From positions 248,001 to 312,000 of the forward strand of contig BDGG01000018.1 of NCBI GenBank assembly GCA_001949185.1: 64,000 nt of DNA. The letters are read 5' to 3'. Positions within the stretch are counted from its first letter, which is position 1. The number at the start of each line of letters is the position of its first letter. Shown piece by piece: positions 1 through 10,319 of the stretch. A program made the position numbers and the translations under genes. The notes under the pieces were generated by a model. It saw only the letters and a list, made by a program, of their open reading frames with translations. It was not told the DNA's origin and ran no database searches. This DNA comes from Ramazzottius varieornatus (taxonomy: Eukaryota > Animalia > Tardigrada).

Positions 1-403
1 CACAGGTTTTAGAGAATCCTTCACCGGAACGTACCGGAAGACGTGGAAGGATTTAATACGGCCGGAAACGTGCTCCCCTGCAAGAGAAAAACCCCAAAAC
101 TTGGACTTCTAGGTGACAGAACCAAGGACGACTTTCCCTCTTACCGATCAGCTGAAGATCCTTCTTGACTGCTGGAGCAACCACCTGCTTGACGGTAGCA
201 GCCTTGGGAGCTGGAAAAGCCCGAGGAGGAGAGCTGGTGGATGGCCCAGGTTGACATTCAGGAACGGAAGCAACAGGTGCCTTCTTCTTGGCCATCTTGG
301 CCAAGCCGCGAACCGCCTTGCTTTTCTTGGCCTTGACCACTGCCAGTCCTCTCACCTGCAGGTAGGCACCGTAGGCCTCCACCTCCTCGTCGGAGGACGA
401 CAT
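1..403 (-). CDS. 5' part of an unidentified Lys/Ala/Pro-rich protein gene, probably continuing beyond the left window edge
   Basis: ORF 53..487; ATG at 403 (MSSSDEEVEAY...) follows an acceptor-like CAG; no family recognised. Confidence 0.3.
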
Positions 404-771
404 CTTTCTGGACAGACCTGTGGAGAAATTAGTAAGGAGTATGATGGATCGAGCGACAGAGGAGAAAGAGAGCCTTCCTGGACGCAAAACACCGAAGAAA
501 TGAAAACAGGAACCAATTAACCAAAGAAAGGGTACGTTTTCGAAAGAGATTCATTTTCCCTAACCCCTGAGCGGAGCTGGGCCTTCGCCCTTGCTTCCCC
601 CAGTCACCCCAACTGGGCCACCCCATGATCGCCACTCGTACCGACTCATTCATGTCATTTTCTAATCGATACCATAGCTGGAAATATCAACAGGAAAAAT
701 GCTACAGCGTCTATAACCGTCGACAGAAGTAGACGTACACTAGAGTGTACTAGAGAAACTCGAAGGTGAAG

Positions 772-2867
772 TCAAACTGAGACGACAAAGTTGCCAAATC
801 TTTTCCTATGGGCTTCTTCCAACAGGCGTATCCTTTCGCCATCGCTCAGTCCATACTGTTTCCTCTGGAAGGACTTGGCGTTGGGTGGTTGATGATCCAC
901 ACTGAGGAAGACACAGTCCTGGAACGTCTTCCAGTCCTTGGCGCTGAGTCTATCGGGACTGATATCGCCCCCCTTCATCCACACATCCTTCTCGTCGTTT
1001 CTCGCTCCATTGCCGCCCACCACCTTCACACTAAACCCATACACCACCCTCACGACCTTCTCCCCAATCTTCGTCTCCACTCCATCACACTTCCTCATTC
1101 TGCTCACTTTGATCTCTTTCGTTGTCTCAGGCAACATCTTTGCCAGTTCATTCTCAACGAGATCTGATACAGTATGTGAGGAAGCTTTCTCGTCAACTGG
1201 CAGCTCTATCCTGACAAGCCCTACTTTCTGCTTCTCCTCCGATTTGCTAAAATAGTACGTCTTGCTTTGGACGTCTTCGATGACACAAACTGCTTGGTGC
1301 TTCCTCTTGACACGATCTTCAGCCCGCATCGAGTACTTGGTGACGCCTTCGCTACTGCAGTAGCCGGAAGTCAGGACATCGGGCGAACAGAGAAGACACT
1401 CGTTGCCCTCACTGCACAATCTGGAAGGAGTGTACACCAGAAAGGAAGTACTCTTCAAGTATAGCTTGACAAAGTTCTTGATGAGCAGGTGGTTCTTGTA
1501 GGCGTTACAGAGGGACTTTAGCGGACAACTGGGGCACTGTGGCTTCCTTTCCGTGCAGACCTGCGGTCAAAAAGTAGCGTAAGCGGCACCGACATTTGTC
1601 CTTGTGGAGCTTGAGAATTACGACAAACCTTTTGTGCGGTAAGACTAATGGCGTCCTCGATGTCCGTCACTTCGTCAGAACCAGCACAATTCCGCATTTG
1701 GCTGTAAATCTTCCGACGATGAGTGACGGCAGCTGCGCCACCGTGGTTGGAGCTGATACGACCCATTCGTGTCAGCATCCGTCCCAGGTCCACGTCTTCC
1801 GTGTCCAATACCTTCCGGGAACGTGCAAAGTTCCTGGCCAGCGTCACCACCTCTTCGTTCTGAAAGCATAAGATCAGAAGGTTGGGAGTATAGAAGAAAG
1901 GAGAGGGACTAAAACAGTCGCAATCTCCGTAACCGGAAGTTGTACACCAGGCGCTGAACGAGCGCGCTGTGCAGTGCCTGCGCAGCAGATGCGTACAATT
2001 TTTCGTGCGCATAGTGCACCTGAAAAAGCACGTTCAATGCCCCGATCAGTTCACGCACACGACTTGATTGCCAGTAAATCGTCACCCCAAGATTATGCCC
2101 TGCGCTACGGCAGACCCTGGGCAAACGTTCCTATCCAACAATCCTAACTCCACTGCTCGTACGTGTACGGTGTACCAGTCCTCCTGCCTACAGGATACTG
2201 CATTCATGTGCTAGCAATTTTACCGGAGTGGTGTTCTTGTCCGCCTCGGAGATGTTCCAGGGAAGCTTCTGTATTCTCAGTGTCACCGTGGCCAGACGAT
2301 TCTGGACTTCCTCTGAGGCAGTAGGGTAAATAACATCGATTTGGTCCAAGATGTTCTTGGTCAGCTTCATGCTCTCATTGGTTAGGAAAGCTTGGGCGTC
2401 GGGGAAATTCACGATGAATATGGTGAAGTACGAGAAGATGTCTTTGGACTGGTCAGGGAATTCATCAGACATGAACTTGTAAACCACTGCGCGGTAAAGG
2501 AATTCTAAATCGTCCAGAGGGTCGATTCCCTTCTTCATCAGCCTGTCTTGGAATGCGGTCAATGCTGGCGGCACAGTGTTGTAAACTGCAACACCAATGT
2601 CTGACTGTCTCCAGTCCTTGAGCTTCTTTATGGTCTTGGCGACGAGAGCGCTGCCTTTCAGGCTGACATCTTCGAAGTACAGGTCTTGGGCGTCAGAAAG
2701 GGACAATAAGCGCACGTTGTTGTCGATGTCGTGGATGTTCCCATACTGACCAGCGACATCCGCTGATGGCTTCGACTTCAGAGAAGACGCAGTTGCGGCT
2801 TCACCTGACACCTTGAGTCGCTTGGGGAAAGGAATGGGATTCATTTCGGGGAGCGGGGAGACTCTTC
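772..2867 (-). CDS. Unidentified multi-exon gene or decayed transposon accessory gene
   Basis: Consecutive same-strand protein-like ORFs 2188..2892, 1909..2124, 1518..2012 and 772..1458; exon joins not fully resolved. Confidence 0.4.
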
Positions 2868-3199
2868 CTGCGGAAAGAAGAAATGAACACAACCTGCGCT
2901 TCTTGCAAGGACTGGACTGGAGTGCACTGATGAGCTGCCAAACCGAGCACTGCTGTCATGCTGAGTTGATTGACAATCAATATACAGATTGCGAACGAAA
3001 GCGCAGTAGCACAATTCGATACGCACAGGAACATCGTGACATCATAGGAACAAGTTCGCCTCGTAGACCCTGTGTTAAACGAGTCGCACAATGTCTGCAT
3101 ATGATGTCACGATGTTCCTATGCGTATCGAATTGTGCTAGCGCGTTTCCTTTCGCAATCTGTATAATACTGGGCTGCTCGGTTTATCCATTGGCTCCGT

Positions 3200-3844
3200 T
3201 AGTGCTGGGATAAATACGATAAAATACGATACGATATTTTCTGATAAATATCTTTCAATATTTATATTTCGTTCTAGATATCAACCACGTATCGATATTT
3301 CGATATGACACGTTTCTGATATTTTATTGTTGATATATCGAATTATATTGCAGTGATATATCGATATATCAAGGCAGTACCATGTTGAAAGCTATCGAAA
3401 TCAAGAAAGAGCCAAAGAGAAACCAAACGGCTGTCGTTCACTACGTTAGAGTCAGAACAAAAGTCAGATGTCTTCGTGTACGCGAGTGTGTTCGTTGCTC
3501 AATCTATCAAGGTCTGTCGTTACGCACCTAGGTACGCTGACTGTTCACTCCTCCGAAGTCAGCTTGGATGCATGTGCGCGATACATTACGGGCGAGGCTG
3601 CGCTGCCTGCGCGGTACCGAATCGGAGTATTGACTTCCGAAGTTCCGATTCTCAAGTGCGGGCTTGCGATTTATCGATATATATATCGACATATATCGAT
3701 ATAACGTGATATGATATTTTCATTTATCATATTCCACTCAGCGATATTCCGTCGAAATTTCGATATGATATTTTTGTCATACCGAATCACTGTGATGTGA
3801 TATATTTCGATAAGATACAATATATCATTTTCATCCCAGCACTA
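3200..3844. mobile_element. hAT-type MITE family A, copy 1 (645 bp)
   Basis: TIR TAGTGCTGGGAT...ATCCCAGCACTA; 8-bp TSD ggctccgt/ggcgccgt (7/8); near-identical copy at 52841..53485. Confidence 0.93.
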
Positions 3845-3924
3845 GGCGCCGTACAGTAATAGAATCTCGGAGCCAGCCCCCAGCTGTAAGCACTGTCAGC
3901 GTCAGGTAGGCACTTGCCCTTCAA

Positions 3925-4490
3925 TAGTGCTGGCAACGATACGGTATACCGATATCGTATCGAAATATATCGGTATGAGACTCGTATCGAATAACACGAT
4001 AAAATATATTCGGCGATATCGTATTGCAGCATATCGATATATTTTCGCTATATCGTTATTTTGCTGAATGGCAAACTCGGCATTTATATCAGATTTTCTA
4101 AAGATTACAGTTGATTTGAACGCCTTGATTCCGGCCACGGTATGCCGAGCAGGCGACCACGCTTCGCCCATTGGGTTTTGATACTAATTCTATACAGGTT
4201 TCCATGTATTTGCATGCATTAAGTCTTGGACTCTTGATACTGCCACGTCTTTGCTGTTTCCGACGCTTTCGATCTTGCTATACTTGATGTGGAAATCGGC
4301 CTTCAGACCCAATGGAATTCCGAAAAACTCTAATTGCAAAAACATCGATATACCGCTGCGATATGGTACGACATATCGAAAATACGGTATGGAAATAATA
4401 TCATATCGAAATACCGAACGAATATCGAAGACTGTGGATATTTTATCGAAAAACATCGTATCGAATTTTATCTTTTCTTTGCCAGCATTA
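3925..4490. mobile_element. hAT-type MITE family B (566 bp)
   Basis: TIR TAGTGCTGGCAA / TTGCCAGCATTA; perfect 8-bp TSD cccttcaa (3917-3924, 4491-4498); CGATA-rich subterminal repeats. Confidence 0.9.
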
Positions 4491-4954
4491 CCCTTCAAGC
4501 ACCGATTAGCAGTGTACAGTGTTGTGGCTTTCATCAATCAAGCCGCTCAGCGGTTTGAGGCAGGGGGCCACTTATGACACTATCACTAGTTACGCATCAG
4601 GGGCTGGCTCCAAGATTTTATTACGGCGCCATGCATGCTTTGCGTTTGTACTTTGTAGTGAGCTGGTTTGTAGCCACCGTCAAATGAGCCGTAGCAATCA
4701 TGATTGGTCGATCGGCTTTTGCAGCATATCTTACTGCAGATTCTAGACTGCGGTTCCACTATCCGGTTATTTCCAGTGTACCGGTGTGGTCTCACAGCCC
4801 GGCTCGTCAGTCTTTCAACCACGGACCATAGTAAATAACGTCCGGGTCTGGCAGTCCAAATTAACGGAGTGGGCGTAACAGTAACCGACACCACGCCCCC
4901 TTACCGAAATGACCGTGTTGTCCTCATTTCCCACTGCGAAATCTACCAAATAAT

Positions 4955-7900
4955 TAAGGATGTTAATTATCCATCCACAACGGATTTATCCGGATAAAAC
5001 CTGGATGGGATAAGAGTTTTATCCATCCAGCTCTTAACCGGATAAAACTCTTATCCATCTGGATATTATCCGGATAACATCTCTATCCATCCAAGGTTTA
5101 TCCGGATAAACCAACCTGAATCAATAAAAACAGACAATCAAAGCAGAACAGCCCAACTCGTCTTGCTAACGTTACGTAGCAGTCTAAAAGAATCGTAACG
5201 ATGCGCAATATCTCTACTGTTACAAGCCTATCGGAAGTTAGCTTATGAAACATTTTTTCTCGTTACACTTTTCCGTTCTTGCTTTGATCAATGTTTATGT
5301 TATCGAGCTGCTCTTTCTCCTTCATCAATAGCTGACGGGCTGTAGCCCGGAGTTCTGCGATTACGGTTTATTGGCATGGGCAGCCGAGTCCTTGGAATCG
5401 GCCACGAAATAACAACGATGTCGACGGCCCGCACGACGATCTTGAGGATGAAGTTGCGCAGTTTGAGGCTCAACTCCGGAGTCCGACTACACCTGTGAGC
5501 GCCGCTGACAGCCTTTACGAAGAAAGCAATATAGTGGGTACGTCGGAACCACCAAAGAAGAAGGGTACGGGGGCTCATTCGGACATGAACGAGCACTTCA
5601 CAAAGTCGACGGGAAAATATGGGAAAATCACGGCCAAGTGCAACTACAAGAACGTGCAGGGAACGTCTAACTGGTACTACCATATGAAGGATGAGCATTC
5701 GTCGAAGCTGGAGGATGCCGTCAAGAGCAAGCCAATTCCCGAAGCGTTTCTTGCAAAGCAGAAGGATGAGCCGCAGATCATGTCGAAAAAGGAAACCATG
5801 CGTCATACTAGCAACCTTGCGGAATGGATCGTCTGTACTGCAAAACCCATCGGCACTGTCGATGAACCACAGTTCGCGAAGATGATCAACGGTCTCAATC
5901 CCAGTTACAAGGTACCGCTTCGTGCTTATCATGCAATAAGCAAGACACGTTATAACCTGTGGAGAATACATCCTACTGTACGATCGAACTGTTTCTCGAA
6001 CTGTGACTATTTCCAGGTCCCTTGTCGACAAACTATTCGAAAACTTATCCTTGATGGATACAAGATGAAGAAGATGCGGATCATCGAAGAACTGGCAGCG
6101 GTGACCAGTCGTTTCTCTCTCACTACCGATATGTGGAAAGCCAGTGCGAGAAAACAGTCGTACCTTGCCATCACCTTACACTGGATAGACAACGAGTGGA
6201 AACTCAGAAACGTCATTCTCGACTTCCGCTATATACCAAAGAACCATTCCGGTGAAAACATGAAAAACGCGGTTATGGAAACTCTTCGAGTTTAAAGTCG
6301 CCCACAGAATCTTCGGAGTGACTAAAGACGGAGCACTCAACATGGTCAAATTCTTCGAGCTGCTGGTCACGGAGATGGAGGTCGAAAAGCGTAGTTTCTC
6401 CCGGGCGACACAGTTTGCACCTGAAGGTAGGTTGCCCATTCTAAAAGCGAAGTTCCCGGAACCGCCATGAGATATATCTCGTCAGTTTTCATGAGAATAT
6501 TGTGATCAAGTGTTTTGAATAAACTAGTTTGATTTCTTACTCGTTTCTTTTTTGCATCAAATACATCCTAGAACTGGTCCGCGGCGCATATCGTGAATAA
6601 AGTTGCGGAAGTGGTGACAGAAGAAGGTGGTGACAGTGAACAAGATACGAGCCTGTGTAATATATGTGCGTCGGCCCACCATCCGTGAGCGCTTTCTTGC
6701 CACTATCAAGCCCGCAACCGAAGACCTTAAGCTGCCACTGGACGTCTCGACCCGGTGGAATAGCTTGCTGCACATAGTCGAAAGCGCATACGCTCGACGC
6801 CATGAACTTCACGACAACTTGTCTGCCCAGAAAGGTGCCATCAAGGACGAAGTTCCGTTAGCGGAAGAGTGGATCGACATGGAGGATCTTATTGAACTCT
6901 CGAAGCCTCTGGAGGCCGTCTCCGTAGACCGTTAGGCTTTCAAGTCCTCTACTTTCCACTTGGCTTTGGCCGAACTGGAGTTTTTGCGAACCCATTTACA
7001 AGTCTTCGAAGAAGACCTTACTAAGGTAAATGCTAATTAAGTTTACTCGAACAAAATATCTTGTTTATTCCTATATCTCGGCGTACGGTCTATAAACAGT
7101 GATTCTTTTCCTAGGCGCTCTGGATCTGCGAGTTGGCCAAAAACATGTTGGTTAAACTGGATGAATGTCTGAAACTGTCCTGGAAGAAACCTGGTGTGAG
7201 AATACAAGTTCCCATGATAGCCCGACTGTTAGATCCGAGCATCAAAGACGCCAACCTGCCCTCAGTAGAGATTCGTACCGCCGCCGGCACCATGTTGGAG
7301 CACATTGTCCAGCTATACAAAGGTGTTCCGAGGTAAGTGCCGTTTTCTATGATGTTGCTGTAGCTATAAGCGTACGAATTATAGGTCGTGCTGTTTGAAG
7401 GTTGTTTTATTACAGCCACCGAGGAAGTTCCGACATTCTCCTGAAGTCTACTGCTCCACCTCCGAATACGCAGCTGTCTATTCGCGAACGGATGATAGCG
7501 CAAATCACTTCGGCAGCAGACTCCCAGCTTAACGATGTTGACCAATTCTTCCTGGATCCAAAGGAATCAGTCAAAAGAGATGTCCTGGAATTTTGGAACA
7601 TGTCAGAAAGCCGCTATCCGACATTGTACCGCATTGCGAAGGATGTTCTGGCTGCATAGGCTTCTTCTGTGCCTTCTGAAAGTGCATTCTCTGGTGGTGG
7701 TTGATACGTTACAGTCCTTCGTAACCGCCTAGAACCTGAGGCCCTTCATGCCATGTTATGTCTGAACTCTTGGACGGTGGTTTTGGAAGCTATGATAGCA
7801 ATGATGACAGACGATAAATAAATACGCTACAAACTTTGGTAGTTTCGGTTTGGCTCTAGTGATTGAACATATAGTTTGTATCTAGTTTGTTTAACCGGAT

Positions 7901-8020
7901 AATATTCGGATAATCCGGATAAAAGTTTTATCCAAGAAGTTGGTTACGGATAAACTTTCTAGTTCTTATCTATCCGGTTATCCATCCATTTAATCGTTTA
8001 TCCATCCATTAACAACCCTA
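4955..8020 (+). mobile_element. hAT DNA transposon (3066 bp)
   Basis: TIR TAAGGATGTTAAT / ATTAACAACCCTA; perfect 8-bp TSD caaataat (4947-4954, 8021-8028); subterminal CCGGATAA and TTATCCATCC arrays. Confidence 0.95.
5495..7817 (+). pseudogene. Decayed hAT (Ac/ZBED-like) transposase
   Basis: Degenerate BED-like finger; motifs FSLTTDMW, LHWID, HSGEN, DVSTRWNS and hATC-type LEFW...YPTLYRIAKDVL..ASSVPSESAFS; frameshift near 6290 and in-frame stops near 6933, 7657 and 7703. Confidence 0.9.
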
Positions 8021-9280
8021 CAAATAATCACCAAAAACTTAAATGGTCACAAGACCACTTCGAGTTTTTGTGGATCCTGCTGGATATAATTAGCAAGTGC
8101 AATAGCAGACGGAGTTCACCAAGAGTCCACTCAGTCCATCGCTTACTGGAAATGGTCGCAAGACAACTGCTGCCTTTTCTGGTTCATGCGGGATGCCATC
8201 GCCAAAAGCATCGAACAGAACACCCCGCACTGTGAACTCTACTCCCGAAAGACTGGGCAAAGACGGGTACGATGTGGTATCCGAACCACAACCTTTGCAG
8301 GATTTAGAACTCATGCGTAAGCTTAGCATTGTCTTGCGTGTATGGTTCCATAGCACCCCAGCAGGCTCTTCACAGTCCAAAGAAAAGGCTACAATAACCA
8401 CACATTTCCGTGCCAAAAATGTTGTTCATAGGCACAAGTGCTGTGCTGATTGATGGCAGGTTGCATGAGCGATAAAATGTCTTTTCGTGAGTACGTGAAG
8501 GACCGAGAAAATTTTGGTCCGTTTTCTTCCACGAAGTTTGACAGACCGGTGCTTTGCGAGCGGGAGTTGTGAGTCTAGGCATTGTATTGGTGTTATGGCA
8601 GTACAGCAAGTTTGCTTGGTGGACAATCTCTGAGTGGCAGGGTTCTTCTGTTGTGTTCTTTTCGGTAGTGGGGCGTGGTGTCGGTTACTGTTACGCCCAC
8701 TCCGTTAATTTGGACTGCCAGACCCGGACGTTATTTACTATGGTCCGTGGTTGAAAGACTGACGAGCCGGGCTGTGAGACCACACCGGTACACTGGAAAT
8801 AACCGGATAGTGGAACCGCAGTCTAGAATCTGCAGTAAGATATGCTGCAAAAGCCGATCGACCAATCATAATTGCTGCTGCTGATTTGATGGTGGCTGCA
8901 AACCAAGTCACTACAGCATTGTTTGCAACTAACAGCGTCGCACAATCAATGATCAACGCATTGGTCAGTGTCAGGAAAAGCCGCGAGTTGATTCGGACTG
9001 TTTATTGACCGCGATCGATGAAAATGCTTTTAATATTAATTTCTCCTCGAACCAGTATCTTATCTTCCGCGAGACCGCGACGATAAGTTCTGCAACAAAA
9101 AACCAAGGAAAACTCCACGCTACTCAGCAAAGAAAAGTGTTCCGTGAGAACAGGAAGTTGCGGATGTACATCGGCGCTTCAGACGAAATAGACAAAAGGA
9201 GAAAAGCGAATCACGAGCTTTGGTAAAACAGGAAACAATAATCATCAGAATTCTTGACGGAGAAACAGCGCCTGGGATAT

Positions 9281-9592
9281 CTATTCTTCTTTCTTATGCG
9301 ATGGAGGTCCAGTAGGCTGGAGCATCTTCTCGATCATATTAAACTTTAGGCGAGCCTTGTTCTCGTTCTCGGCAATGGCCACATGGTTGAGCGTATCGAA
9401 ATGTCCGATAATGGATGCGTAAGTATCTCTGTGCTGGTTCTGCATCCATTCCCATTTCGTTGTGTCCGCGTGACCCGTACCGATATACTTCGACTGGAGA
9501 TGCTCAAGCTGACTGAAAGACACGAAGACGATATGAGCGAAGATATGGTCGAGAGAAAGCTTATACCTGTGAATGTTGTAGCGATCTCCCAT
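9281..9592 (-). CDS. SF3B5: Splicing factor 3B subunit 5; exons 9592-9567 and 9512-9281
   Basis: HSQLEHLQSKYIGTGHADTTKWEW...NQHRD signature after removing a 54-nt GT-AG intron (9513..9566). Confidence 0.96.
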   Translation of the reverse strand: MGDRYNIHRYKLSLDHIFAHIVFVSFSQLEHLQSKYIGTGHADTTKWEWMQNQHRDTYASIIGHFDTLNHVAIAENENKARLKFNMIEKMLQPTGPPSHKKEE

Positions 9593-10319
9593 CTTATCGA
9601 CAGCCGTCCAACAGATTCTGCTCGACCTCCAGATTGTCCTACAACACAGTCAGACGAAACCTGTCGTCTGGAAGGAGCTTGAGATGGCCGCGCCGCTCCG
9701 AACAGGAAGAAAGAACAGAAAATTCACTCGCGCTCGAACACTAGGTTCAAGAAATTGATTGATTGTAATTGTACCACATGGACTGCGACTGGGCGAGACT
9801 AACCGAGCTTACGTCATCACGAAGTGCCATGTTACAAAACACGGTCACGCTCACTGCCCCATTCAATCAATCAACCGAATCGTCTTGCGTGGAATGTGCT
9901 GGGGGTTAATAAATTAGTCAAAACAGTGCGCGCACGATGGATAATTACGGGACAGTAAAAATTATGGGACAGGCCTTTTCGCTACGGCGGTACGAAAGCA
10001 CGTAATTCACCATAGTCCGTATTTTGCTCACAACAATCTTCATTTCTTCAGGCAGAAGAGGTTAATTGAAGTCAAAGAAGCGCCAAAGCGTTCCACCACG
10101 TTCCAGTCGCAAGCGAGCAAAAAGCAGGGAAAAACCGCCAGCAAGTAAACAGCTAAACCTCCTCCACAACAAAATTAATGTACAGTTTTATGAGAACCAG
10201 CAATATCAGAGATCGAAATTCACCCGCTCAAATACTAAAACCAAAAACTATCCATTGATAAAACATGGATGCATGCAAAAGCACAAGAAAACGATTTCAT
10301 CAAAAGATTACGTGAAACT

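Larger units (their letters stand above)
4654..8915. mobile_element. Long-TIR element (about 256-bp inverted repeats, TGT...ACA ends) hosting a nested hAT
   Basis: 4654..4909 is the reverse complement of 8660..8915; inner ~200 bp identical; no TSD found. Confidence 0.7.

Noticed and set aside
3468-3709. Identical small ORFs here and at 53109..53350
   Set aside because: Internal to the duplicated MITE; identity reflects recent transposition, not coding constraint
4586-4894. Same peptide encoded here and at 8675..8884
   Set aside because: Consequence of the inverted repeat arms
9513-9566. Apparent 18-aa insertion in SF3B5
   Set aside because: A 54-nt in-frame GT-AG intron; removing it restores the canonical sequence
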